DNA of 62,072 nucleotides, filler included, from a candidate division TA06 bacterium SM23_40 (GTDB lineage Bacteria > LJUI01 > SM1-40), in the NCBI GenBank assembly GCA_001303705.1. It is 5 parts of 5 records of this genome, joined end to end, with 100 filler letters (N's around TTAATTAATTAA, not from the genome) between each part and the next. Parts side by side here need not be neighbours in the genome. Positions count along the whole stretch, not along the records: positions 1 to 28,212 come from LJUI01000016.1; 4 more parts are not named here. One strand, given 5' to 3'. Under the pieces are notes generated by a model that did not search any database, was not told the origin of the DNA, and worked only from the letters and a program-made list of their open reading frames with translations. Positions 7,920 through 17,451 of the stretch are shown in pieces. The translations under genes were made by a program, and so were the position numbers. Numbering within the stretch: position 1 is the stretch's first letter; the number at the start of each line of letters is the position of its first letter.

Positions 7920-10385
7920 TCACTCTTCGACGACCGTGAACAGGAACGTATCGTCGTCGATAAGGTTATTCGGCGGCGTCCCTATCTGGGCCGTGTACCC
8001 ATACTCACCGAGCGGCGCGATCATCGGCACGTTGTGCGACACCGGCACCACCAGCACCTCACTGGGCTGAAGCGTCACCGGCACCGGGCCGAGCAGATAC
8101 CGTGTTCCGCCCCCCGGGAGCTGCACGAGGGTTCTCGCATAGAAACTCTGCATCTGCGTCGTCAGATTCGTGACAGTCGCAGTGTAGCTCAGAACCCCGC
8201 CTCGCGGCACGATCGTCACGTCCGGCGCTAGCTCGACCGTCGCGATCTGAGGAGCCGACACCTCGACGTCATCGATATGCCAGCCTTCCCGCACAACACC
8301 CTGATCACTCCCGAACCGGAACCTCAGTCTCACTGCCCCCATGTAATCGGACAGATCGAATACCGCCTCGCTCCAGTCATAGGCGCCGGAGTACAGCGGG
8401 GTACCGACGGGGAACGGGCCTGTAGTCCCGCGGGACGTGTAGGGGTACCCGCCCTCGGGTTCAACCTCTACCCAGTTCACGCCCCCATCGACGGTAATCT
8501 CGACGATGCCGCCATCGTAGGCTCGGCCGGGATAGGCCTCTGAGGTCTCGGCCTCCACCCAGTGCCACATGGTGAGTGTCGAATTGGGATCGAGGCCGAA
8601 CGGCGGGGTCATCAATCCCGCGTCGTCGAAATTGGAATAGGGACCGGTCCCCGTATCGCCGCACTTCCAGCTGTAGCTGCCGGCGGGGGTGTGGTTCCGC
8701 TCTGTGCTCAGATGCCACTCGTCGTTGAATCCCTGCGTGATGGCCTCGTGTGTCCAATCGCCGACACCTGCCTCCATATCGTCAGCGTATCCGGTTGTGA
8801 CGACCCATACCTCGAACGTATCGGTCCAGGCATGCCCGCCACTGGCGGTGATCTCGATAGCGATCGGCAGCGCATAGGGTACCGGCGTGGCGTGCGCGAT
8901 CTGGATGACAAACGGATCCGATGCGTTATTCCCGGTTCCGATCGGCGGGATATCCCCGAAGCTCGAGGTACCCTCGATCACCTCGAGGTACGGATCCCAC
9001 TCCGTGATCGTCCCTTCCACATTGTTCGCTTCAGCCATACCCGAGTTGCGGACCTTGACGATCAGATCTGCTACCTCCCCGGGATCGATCCGCATATTGG
9101 CATTGCCGCCGACTGTATCGTCAATGAGGTGGCCGTTGTAGTGCACGTCCACCGAACCCGCCACCCTCATCATGAACAGGTTCGCCCCCAGGTTCTCCTG
9201 GAACTGGCCGAGGATGGTGTTCGTGTCCGGCTGCCAGAATGCGCTCCCGACCTCATTGCTGAACCCGAAAATCTTGGGCTTCGTCGTCTGCTCTCCATAC
9301 TCGTAATCGATGCTGCCGCCGTTCACGAGGTAGAGGAGCTCCCACGGGGTCCCCGGGTCGTAGTTGTTCACCCTCGTCAGACTATCGGCCAGCTCGACAT
9401 ATATGTCGTGATCGGGCGTGTAGATATAGTCATAACCCCAGGGATAGAGACAGAGATCCCCGTAGCTGTGGTAGTCCTGGCAGAACGTGAACTCGTGGGA
9501 TTCCATCAGGTCGCGCATCGCCTGGGTCTCCGGCTCGGAGAACGGAGCGGGACCTCGATACGTCTCGCTCGACGGAGTCGGGCTGGAACCGATATTGTCA
9601 TAGCCCCACATGTACCCGTAGTTCCGATTGAGATCGACGCCGTAGATGCCGCCGCCGTTATCTCTCCTGTTCTTGCGCCACATACCGCTCGAGTATGTCT
9701 CGTTGTACACATAGCCATCGGGATTCACCACCGGCACAAACCAGACCTCTCTCGTGTCCACGATCTCAGTGATCTCTGGATTGATGCCGTAGTTCTCCAC
9801 GAGGTGCTCGATCGTATAGATGCAGATCGAGCAGCCGATCGGCTCGCGCGCATGATGGACACCGTCGAACAGCAACTCGGGCTCGTCAGGATCCTCGTAT
9901 GTCGGATCATCCGAGACCTTCATCGCCCAGAGGATACGGTCCTCCCAGGTACCTCCGATATTGATCTTCGGAGTGGTGATATCAGGATACGCCGCATGGA
10001 TCATATCGAGGGCGTCGATCATCTCCTGGTAGGTATAGTACGGGCCGAAGGCGATTCGGCCCGCCCCGAACTGCTTCTCTCGATGGGCCGCGAGGTCAGG
10101 GATCAATACCTCCACATCGAGGCCGAGCTCAGTCTCGAGAAATCTCACCTCCTCGGGCGTCGTCACGATCTCGACGTAGGTGCCTGCCTTGACCGTGGCG
10201 ATATCGAGATCGAGCAGCCTTATCTGCTGCACAACCTGTTCCATATAGTCCTTCGATTCCGGATAGACCCTGGCCAGCATCTGGGTAGCTGCAGCACCTG
10301 CTTCGGGCCTTGCCAGCGCAATGCCCAGCGCGCAGACGATGGCAAGTGCCAGCCCCTTCATAGATAGTGCCCGGACCGATCTCAT
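7920..10385 (-). CDS. Secreted M14 zinc carboxypeptidase (carboxypeptidase T-like) with shared C-terminal domain
   Basis: HAREP, VNPDG, WRKNRR, GVDLNRN, PFSEPET and DYHSYG motifs; signal peptide; accessory beta domains. Confidence 0.92.
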   Translation of the reverse strand: MRSVRALSMKGLALAIVCALGIALARPEAGAAATQMLARVYPESKDYMEQVVQQIRLLDLDIATVKAGTYVEIVTTPEEVRFLETELGLDVEVLIPDLAAHREKQFGAGRIAFGPYYTYQEMIDALDMIHAAYPDITTPKINIGGTWEDRILWAMKVSDDPTYEDPDEPELLFDGVHHAREPIGCSICIYTIEHLVENYGINPEITEIVDTREVWFVPVVNPDGYVYNETYSSGMWRKNRRDNGGGIYGVDLNRNYGYMWGYDNIGSSPTPSSETYRGPAPFSEPETQAMRDLMESHEFTFCQDYHSYGDLCLYPWGYDYIYTPDHDIYVELADSLTRVNNYDPGTPWELLYLVNGGSIDYEYGEQTTKPKIFGFSNEVGSAFWQPDTNTILGQFQENLGANLFMMRVAGSVDVHYNGHLIDDTVGGNANMRIDPGEVADLIVKVRNSGMAEANNVEGTITEWDPYLEVIEGTSSFGDIPPIGTGNNASDPFVIQIAHATPVPYALPIAIEITASGGHAWTDTFEVWVVTTGYADDMEAGVGDWTHEAITQGFNDEWHLSTERNHTPAGSYSWKCGDTGTGPYSNFDDAGLMTPPFGLDPNSTLTMWHWVEAETSEAYPGRAYDGGIVEITVDGGVNWVEVEPEGGYPYTSRGTTGPFPVGTPLYSGAYDWSEAVFDLSDYMGAVRLRFRFGSDQGVVREGWHIDDVEVSAPQIATVELAPDVTIVPRGGVLSYTATVTNLTTQMQSFYARTLVQLPGGGTRYLLGPVPVTLQPSEVLVVPVSHNVPMIAPLGEYGYTAQIGTPPNNLIDDDTFLFTVVEE

Positions 10386-10457
10386 CTTGTCTCCCCCTCT
10401 CCTGCACGGTGACATTCCAGTTCATCCCGGGATCGTCCTCCGCCCCGGGCGACTCCC

Positions 10458-10486
10458 ATTGTACACAATTTCATCGGGCCAGTCAA
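10458..10486 (-). promoter_or_regulatory. sigma70-type promoter
   Basis: Minus strand TTGACT-N17-TACAAT upstream of the start at 10385. Confidence 0.6.
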
Positions 10487-10522
10487 GCTATCATTCTCCA
10501 GCCCGTAGGTCATGGTCGCCGC

Positions 10523-13500
10523 TCAGCGCCTCCCGCCGATGAGCACGATCTTCCGTATGGCCACGTCGTCCGAGGCCTCCAGCCGGCAGAGATAGATACC
10601 CGGAGCCACGGCACGACCCTGGCCGTCCCGGCCATCCCACATCACCTCACCCGGTCCGGCATCGACAAGGCCTTCCTGCAGCACGGCCACGAGCTGGCCA
10701 AGGGTGTTGTACAGACGGACAGAGACATGGGACCGACGGGGCAGAGAGTAGGCGATCCTGCACGTTCCGGGCGCCGGATTGGGATGACTCTGGCCCGCGA
10801 AGAACAGCGCCGGCCGGTCACCGCCACCAGAGCCTTCCCCTTCGGCGACTCCCGTGGTAGGAAGCCAGACGAGGATCCGGAACATGAGTGTGTCGCGCTC
10901 GGCCGTATCCGAGATGCCGTCCAGGCAGAACGATGTGTACACGACGCTGTACACACTCGTGGCGACACGCACGCCCGCCGAGCCGGAACTCAAAGGATAA
11001 ATGGGGCCGGGGATCCAGTAGAGGAAGGTCACCCCCGGGTCGACCGGATCGATCTCCTCAGCGAATGTCTGGGTGTTGGGCGGGCCCGAAAGATCCAGGA
11101 TCAGGCCGTCCCCGATTGTGTCCCCCGGCGCCCCCAGCAGTTGATCCCACCCGTTGTTGTATCCGACGTCAGCCTGCACGAAGTCCGCATGCATGTAGTC
11201 ATGATAGAACGCATTCGCCTGGGTGCCGCCTTGTGTCAGCGCGGTACCCAGTTGCTGTCCCGAGATGAAGAGATGGCCGCCATCGAGAAGGAAGCTGCGG
11301 AGCGCCTCCTGTTCCTGTTGGGCCGGCGCCCCTGCGGGGTAGATGGCGACGAGCTCACCACCCCCATACTGGCCCAGTGTGGCCTCATCGATCGGGCCGC
11401 GATAAAAAGCATTCCACATGTCGTGATCCACGCCGAGATTGTTGAGCGAACTGAGATAAGCATCAAGCGCCGGATAGATCGCTCGCGCACCGGGCAGCGG
11501 GTTCAGGTGCGCCACCAACCAGTCATTAACGAGATAGTGTTCGTAGACGATGCGCTCACCCTGCGCAAAGAACGAGAGCGAGGAGAAGCCGGCCAGGCTA
11601 TCGCCGTTCCCATCGTTTGCGAACTCGTCGCTCGCCGTGACATCCACATGAAAGTCCGATTCGAAAGAAGGCGACCAATAGCCACCGTAGGTACGGTCGT
11701 CCGGAAGTCCATCCCCGTGCGCTCCATCATCATACAGGGGAATCGTCGCGATGACCCCGCTATCCGGCGCTGCGATGGCAGCCTCCACATCCTGAAGGTC
11801 GCCGCCTTCCCAGATGGTCGTCGTGATCGTCACCTGGCCGCCTACCGTGCAGTAACGTGGCGTGACATCGACATCGAGGAACTCCGGCGGAAACTCGTCG
11901 CTCCCGACCACTGGAATGAGGAGGGTATCGCTGCCGACGGGCTGGTTAGCCGAATCCTGGAATTCGACCGCGAACCCCAATGTCTCACCGTCGGGACAGT
12001 CTGAGAGGACCTTGAACCAGTATGCTGGCACATCATATGAGTGCACGCCCGGGCCGACATCGCCGAATTCCATGTGTCCCATCGACCAGTCCACGCCCTC
12101 GAACGGTGCGACCCAGGGGCTATCGGTAGAGAGCGCAGCCGTCACGCCATCAGCCGGGCGGACGCTCTGGTTGTTCAGGTCGAGGCGGAGAAGGATATAT
12201 TCTCCCGGATCGACCTCGCCATCATCGTCTCCGATATTGTACAGATAGCTCTCGTCGCCCCCGGCGACTACGGTATACGCTTCTACTGTGAGGTCCGGAT
12301 CGAGATTTCCGGCCCAGCGGAGCATGAACAGGTTCGCTCCCAGATTCTCCTCACATTGTTCGATGATGATATTCGTATCCGGCTCCCAGAACCAGTCTCC
12401 CACCTCGTGGCTCACGCCGAAGATCTTGTTCTTGAAGATCTGCTCACCGTATTCGTAGTCGATACTCCCGCCATTGACGATATAGAGAACCTCCCAGAGC
12501 GTTCCATACTCGTACCCGTTGCCCACCGTGAGGCTCTCGGCGATCACGCGATAGAACGCGTCATCCTCGGTGTAGACGAAGTCGTACCCATACGGCAACA
12601 AGCACAGGTCGCCAAAGCTGTGGAAGTCCTGGGCGAAGATGAATTCGTGGGAGTCGATCAGACTCCGCATGGCCTGCGTCTCCGGCTCTGAGAACGCGTA
12701 TGGACCGCGGTAGGTCTCGTCTTCGGGATACGGGCTCGAGCCAAGGTTGTCGTATCCCCACATATATCCCCAGTTCCGATTGAGATCGACCCCATAGATC
12801 CCCCCGCCGTTGTCCCTGCGATTCTTCCGCCACATCCCGTCCGGCAACGTCTCGTTGTACACATAGCCGTCAGGGTTGACGACCGGCACGAACCAGGCCT
12901 CGCGCCCATCAACGATCTCGGTGATGTCGGGAATAAGGCCGTAGTATTGACAGAGATACTCAATGGTATGGAGACAGATCGAGCATCCGATCGGTTCACG
13001 TGCATGCTGTACACCATTGATCAGCACTTCCGGCTCATCCGGATCTTCAACTGTCGGATCGTCCGAGACCTTCATCGCCCAGATCGTTCTCCCCTCCCAA
13101 GAGGCGCCGAGATCGATCTTCTCCGTGGTGATGTCGGGGAACCGGGCATGGAGCGAGTCGAGCTCCTCCACCATCTCCGCATAGGTGTAGTACGGACCGA
13201 AATCAAACGGCATATAGCCGAATTGCTCCAGGCGATGAGCGGCGAGGTCCGCGATGACTACCTCAGCTACCGCCCCCCGGTCCTCCAGAGAGACGAGCTC
13301 CTCGCGCGTCGCGATAATGTCGACCCAGAGCTCAGGGTCGGTCCTGAGCGTGGCGATATCGAGGCCGAGCCGGAGGAACTCGCGCGCCTCCTCTCGGGAC
13401 TCAGGGTAGACTCTCAGCAACATCTTCGCCGGCTGGCCAGGAGAGAGGCTCTCACTCGACCCCGCCCGGCTCGTGGCTGGGCCAGCTGCTAACGAGACAG

Positions 13501-13612
13501 CCGCCGCCCCCAGCAGAATGACCAGCCCCACACACAAGGCTGGTCTTTTCAAAACGGACGGACCGTACCTACGATTCTTCGCGAATGTCACCGAGTTCCA
13601 AGGCTGCATCAC
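10523..13612 (-). CDS. Secreted M14 zinc carboxypeptidase with FlgD-Ig / T9SS-type C-terminal domain
   Basis: HAREP, WRKNRR, GVDLNRN and DFHSFG motifs; LYDDGAHGD Ca-binding-type motif; ends PNP...LYNTLGQLV...WDGRD...GIYLCRL...KIVLI. Confidence 0.92.
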   Translation of the reverse strand: MMQPWNSVTFAKNRRYGPSVLKRPALCVGLVILLGAAAVSLAAGPATSRAGSSESLSPGQPAKMLLRVYPESREEAREFLRLGLDIATLRTDPELWVDIIATREELVSLEDRGAVAEVVIADLAAHRLEQFGYMPFDFGPYYTYAEMVEELDSLHARFPDITTEKIDLGASWEGRTIWAMKVSDDPTVEDPDEPEVLINGVQHAREPIGCSICLHTIEYLCQYYGLIPDITEIVDGREAWFVPVVNPDGYVYNETLPDGMWRKNRRDNGGGIYGVDLNRNWGYMWGYDNLGSSPYPEDETYRGPYAFSEPETQAMRSLIDSHEFIFAQDFHSFGDLCLLPYGYDFVYTEDDAFYRVIAESLTVGNGYEYGTLWEVLYIVNGGSIDYEYGEQIFKNKIFGVSHEVGDWFWEPDTNIIIEQCEENLGANLFMLRWAGNLDPDLTVEAYTVVAGGDESYLYNIGDDDGEVDPGEYILLRLDLNNQSVRPADGVTAALSTDSPWVAPFEGVDWSMGHMEFGDVGPGVHSYDVPAYWFKVLSDCPDGETLGFAVEFQDSANQPVGSDTLLIPVVGSDEFPPEFLDVDVTPRYCTVGGQVTITTTIWEGGDLQDVEAAIAAPDSGVIATIPLYDDGAHGDGLPDDRTYGGYWSPSFESDFHVDVTASDEFANDGNGDSLAGFSSLSFFAQGERIVYEHYLVNDWLVAHLNPLPGARAIYPALDAYLSSLNNLGVDHDMWNAFYRGPIDEATLGQYGGGELVAIYPAGAPAQQEQEALRSFLLDGGHLFISGQQLGTALTQGGTQANAFYHDYMHADFVQADVGYNNGWDQLLGAPGDTIGDGLILDLSGPPNTQTFAEEIDPVDPGVTFLYWIPGPIYPLSSGSAGVRVATSVYSVVYTSFCLDGISDTAERDTLMFRILVWLPTTGVAEGEGSGGGDRPALFFAGQSHPNPAPGTCRIAYSLPRRSHVSVRLYNTLGQLVAVLQEGLVDAGPGEVMWDGRDGQGRAVAPGIYLCRLEASDDVAIRKIVLIGGRR

Positions 13613-13999
13613 CCACCCTCCTGGTCTGTGCCATGTGCGTCTGGTACGACGTGTGCGCGAGTGCCCATATCACTCGCGGGCGGCGAGACCCGCGTCTCGC
13701 CGGACAAACGGGAGCGCCTCCGCTCAACAGAGACCGCCCCCGTCTCACCGAGCATGAGATCTACGACCCGAGTCGGGCCGGCCACAATCCCTTATCAGCG
13801 GCGAAGAGCCCACTGTGCCGCGATCGGCCATGCATTATGGCACATGAGGCACAGCTGGTCAAGTGGATTCCGCCGGGATTGTGGGACGTGCGGACCGGAG
13901 TACAAGGAGACAGGCTAGATGTAGAATCTGGTCATCCGGACAGGACAGCAGTCACTCGCTGAGGGAACTCCTGCGCCAACCTGAGTTATGGGCGGGGTC

Positions 14000-14032
14000 A
14001 AACAGAAAGCGTTCGGCCGAACGGCCGAACGC
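14000..14032 (-). terminator. Rho-independent terminator
   Basis: Minus strand GCGTTCGGCC-GTTC-GGCCGAACGC followed by TTTCTGTTT. Confidence 0.65.
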
Positions 14033-14060
14033 CTGGCGTGCAAGCAGTATGATACGGGTG

Positions 14061-15710
14061 TCAACTCGAGACCTCGGCCGCCTCCACTGATTCCTCAACC
14101 TCCGACATCTCGTCGGCCGTGTCGCCGGCCGTGTCCCCGGACATAGATTGTGGTGACCACCCCTTGCGCTTCTTCTTCTCAGTTCGAATCAACCTCAGGA
14201 GAACCTCAACAACTCTGGGATCGAACTGCTTCCCGGATTCCGCAGTCAGCCTCGCACAGGTCTCCTCGCCGCTCATGCTCGGTCGATAGGAGCGATGAGA
14301 TGTGAGAGCGTCATAGGCATCGGCAACCTTCAGAATCCTCGCTCCGAGTGGAATGTCCTCTCCCCTCAGATGGTCAGGAAAGCCTTCCCCATTGTACCGC
14401 TCGTGATGGTGGCGGATGATGGGACGCACTCTGGCGAGGAACCGGATAGGCCTGATGATCCGTTCTCCGACGATCTGGTGCTTCTGTATAAGCGCGAACT
14501 CCTGAGGGGTCAGCTCCCCGTCCTTGGTCAACAGCTCATCCCGCAGGCCGATCTTGCCGATGTCATGGAGGATCGCCGCGTACTGAATCTCGCGCACCTC
14601 TTCCTTCGGCAGACCCATCTCGCGTGCGATCCACGTCGCACACTTGGCAACGCGCTCAGAGTGTCCCCTGAGATACGGATCCTTCGCCTCCGCGGCCAAG
14701 ACCAGCGCGAGCAGCGTCTCGAGGTAGCTCTTTCTCAGGTCTTCGAAGAGCGATATGTTCTGGAGGGCGATCGAAGCGGCGCCGCCGATCGTCGCCAGAA
14801 GCTCCAGATCCTTGTCACAGAGTGGCTTCTGATCGACCCTGTTGGCCGCACAGAGCAACCCGAAGTTCTCGTTCCGCCCGCGCAGGCAGACGCAGGCCAT
14901 GGACTCGGAGGTACCGCTCTCCTCATCGTTCAGCAACAGGGGCTGACCGTTCGTGACGACGTTGACGAGCGGATTGTCAGACATCTCAAGCCGCATACCC
15001 CGTTCGAGTCTACCCTCAAATCCACACACTAGTTTCACTACCAAGGAGCGCCCTTTCTCCTGAAGGAGCATGATTGCTCCGTCCCTCACTTCCAGGGTCT
15101 GAGTGACCTCCTCGAGCACGAGATGAAGGAGTCTCCCCAGGTCGAGCTCTTGGCATAGCCTGGTAGTGAGCTCCTTCAGCGCTGAGAGCTGCCTCAGCTT
15201 GCGAGCAAGCTGGCGATCCAGCTCTCTCTCCTTCTCCTCCAGGCGCTCACAGTTGTCTCGTAGCTTCTTGTTCATTTCCGTCAGATTCTCCACAAGCTCA
15301 GCTCGATCCTTCAACGACTTCCGGTATTCCAGGGCCTGCTGTACGACCTCCTTCACATCCTCGGCCTTGAACGGCTTTATAATGTAGTCGAAGGCACCAT
15401 GACGGAGCGCGTCAAGTGCCGACTCCAATGAGGCGTGTGCGGTCATCATCACCACAACAACATCTTCGTTGTGTTGTTTGATGACCTTCAGCGCCTCGGT
15501 GCCTGTCATGCCCGGGAGACGGATGTCCAAGAGGAGAACGTCCGGTGAGCCTGATTTGACGTGCTCGATGGCCTCCTCAGCGGAGGCCAGCTTGACAAGC
15601 CGAAGGCTTTCATCGGCACTGCTAAGCACGTTCACCAGGAGCTCGGCGAACGCTGTCTCATCTTCAACAACCACGACTTCTTGTGTCAAAACTTCCTGCA
15701 ACCGTTCCAT
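14061..15710 (-). CDS. Response regulator REC-coiled coil-GAF-HD-GYP (c-di-GMP phosphodiesterase)
   Basis: REC (VVED, LLDIRLPG, KPF); GAF; HSERV, LHDIGK and HHERYNGEGFP motifs. Start moved to ATG 15710 because a sigma54 promoter lies too close to 15740. Confidence 0.9.
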   Translation of the reverse strand: MERLQEVLTQEVVVVEDETAFAELLVNVLSSADESLRLVKLASAEEAIEHVKSGSPDVLLLDIRLPGMTGTEALKVIKQHNEDVVVVMMTAHASLESALDALRHGAFDYIIKPFKAEDVKEVVQQALEYRKSLKDRAELVENLTEMNKKLRDNCERLEEKERELDRQLARKLRQLSALKELTTRLCQELDLGRLLHLVLEEVTQTLEVRDGAIMLLQEKGRSLVVKLVCGFEGRLERGMRLEMSDNPLVNVVTNGQPLLLNDEESGTSESMACVCLRGRNENFGLLCAANRVDQKPLCDKDLELLATIGGAASIALQNISLFEDLRKSYLETLLALVLAAEAKDPYLRGHSERVAKCATWIAREMGLPKEEVREIQYAAILHDIGKIGLRDELLTKDGELTPQEFALIQKHQIVGERIIRPIRFLARVRPIIRHHHERYNGEGFPDHLRGEDIPLGARILKVADAYDALTSHRSYRPSMSGEETCARLTAESGKQFDPRVVEVLLRLIRTEKKKRKGWSPQSMSGDTAGDTADEMSEVEESVEAAEVSS

Positions 15711-15746
15711 CTTCTCTGTAACCTTCAGACCGCGACTCATCTCAAG

Positions 15747-15763
15747 AGCAACTATTGTGCCAA
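15747..15763 (-). promoter_or_regulatory. sigma54 (-24/-12) promoter
   Basis: Minus strand TTGGCAC-AATAG-TTGCT matches the TGGCAC-N5-TTGC consensus. Confidence 0.8.
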
Positions 15764-16071
15764 AGTCGAGCCACCCGTGCGAGGGTCATGTGGGCGCCCC
15801 ATAAGCCCGGACTACCGCGATCTGCAACGCCAAAAAAATCAAAGAGTTGAGCCAACGGAATACGGGGCAGGGCGTGTATCCGAGTCGTTTATGGCCCTCG
15901 GTGCTGGTCACGAGATTGTCGCAAGAGTGTTGTGAGTTATCACCCAGACGAAACGAGGGCATAATTTGAGGGCGAATATCCAGCAGGATACTCGCCCATC
16001 AGTTAGCCCGTCTGGGGGAAAAACCGCCCCGAATTGCGGATTTCTACTCAGCAGGGCAGCGCTCACGGCCG

Positions 16072-17451
16072 TTACAGAAGATTGTACTTCCTCATACGAT
16101 AGCGAAGGACGTCACGCGTAATATGAAGCAGGCGGGCCGCTTGCACCTGGTTGCCCTTCACCATTGCCAGCGCCTGGACGATCAGATCACGTTCCATCTG
16201 TTCTTTCATGGCCTCGAGCTCGACCCCCTTCGGTGTCAGGGTCACTCCCCCGAAGCTCACTTTGGTGGGGATACACCCTGAGAATATCTCAGGAGGCAGA
16301 TGTTCCTGATCGATCTCTGAGGCGGAGCAGAGAATCATTGCCCGCTCCACGACATTCCTCAATTCGCGGATGTTCCCGGGCCAGCCGTAGCCCAACATCA
16401 GCTGTTCGGCCTTCGGGCTTACACTGCTGACCCTCTTCCCCATCGCCTTGTTGAATTCCGAAATGAACGCCTTGGCCAGTATCAGTATGTCCTCTCTGCG
16501 CTCTCTCAGAGGGGGTAACTTGATACTGATAACCTTCAACCGGTAGTAGAGGTCCTCTCTGAAAGTCCGAGACTCCACAGCAGCCGCCAGGTCCTGATTT
16601 GTGGCAGTGATTATCCTGACGTCCACGGTGATATCGCGCACTCCGCCTACTCGTCGAATCCGCTTACTCTCGAGCACGCGCAGCAGCTTGACCTGCATCG
16701 GAATCGGAAGATCTGCGATTTCGTCGAGGAAAAGCGTTCCGCCGTCAGCGAGCTCGATGAGCCCCCGCTTGCGTTCTTTGGCATCGGTGAACGCTCCTCG
16801 TTCATGCCCGAACAGCTCACTCTCCATGAGACCCTGCGGGATCGCAGCACAGTTGAGTTCCATAAACGGCTTGCGCGCCCGCTTTGAGCGGTAGTGGATA
16901 GCGTTGGCGATTACCTCTTTGCCGGTACCGCTCTCTCCTTCGAGCAGCACTGAGGTGTCATCACTCGTCGCCACCCGTTCCATCAGCTCATAGATCTCCT
17001 CCATCTTGCTGCTCTGGCCGACGATGAAGTCGTACTGGAAGCGCTCCATCTGTTGACGCCTGAGCTCGCCGACCTCGCGCTTCAGTGTCTGAGTCTCGAG
17101 CGCCTTCTTTATCGTCAGCTTCAGCGCCTCCATATTGAACGGCTTGTTCACAAAGTCGTACGCGCCAAGCCGCATGGCCTCGACGGCGCTATCGATCGCA
17201 CCATAAGCCGTGAGCATTATCACTAGCTGATCGGCCTGTTTCTCCTTGATCTGCTTGAGCACAGAGAGGCCGTCTGTGTCAGGCAGCTTGAGGTCGAGCA
17301 GCACCAGATCAGGCGGATCCTCCTGGAACGCAAGCAATGCCTCGTTGCCGGTGGCGGCACACCGCGTGCCATAGTGACCATCTACGAGAGACTGCGTCAG
17401 GAACTTCCGTACGGCATCCTCGTCATCCACAATGAGAATCGTAGACTCCAT
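16072..17451 (-). CDS. NtrC/AtoC-family sigma54-dependent response regulator
   Basis: REC, AAA+ (GESGTGKE, GAFTDA, LFLDEI, WPGNIREL) and Fis-type HTH. Confidence 0.95.
   Translation of the reverse strand: MESTILIVDDEDAVRKFLTQSLVDGHYGTRCAATGNEALLAFQEDPPDLVLLDLKLPDTDGLSVLKQIKEKQADQLVIMLTAYGAIDSAVEAMRLGAYDFVNKPFNMEALKLTIKKALETQTLKREVGELRRQQMERFQYDFIVGQSSKMEEIYELMERVATSDDTSVLLEGESGTGKEVIANAIHYRSKRARKPFMELNCAAIPQGLMESELFGHERGAFTDAKERKRGLIELADGGTLFLDEIADLPIPMQVKLLRVLESKRIRRVGGVRDITVDVRIITATNQDLAAAVESRTFREDLYYRLKVISIKLPPLRERREDILILAKAFISEFNKAMGKRVSSVSPKAEQLMLGYGWPGNIRELRNVVERAMILCSASEIDQEHLPPEIFSGCIPTKVSFGGVTLTPKGVELEAMKEQMERDLIVQALAMVKGNQVQAARLLHITRDVLRYRMRKYNLL

Noticed and set aside
697-7922. 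Sec read-through at other TGA stops (697, 6510, 7920)
   Set aside because: The proteins are complete at those stops, there is no Cys partner, and another stop or a terminator follows shortly.
8562-12004. Long plus-strand ORFs (8562-10367, 10367-12004) and similar antisense ORFs elsewhere (e.g. 17576-18754, 31081-32472, 42069-43280)
   Set aside because: Shadow frames opposite well-supported genes in GC-rich DNA; no recognisable motifs.
13681-13702. 16-bp match (CGGCGAGACGCGGGTC) between this hairpin (minus strand) and 60945-60960
   Set aside because: One GC-rich 16-mer match is roughly expected by chance in 62 kb, and the second copy does not form the same hairpin.
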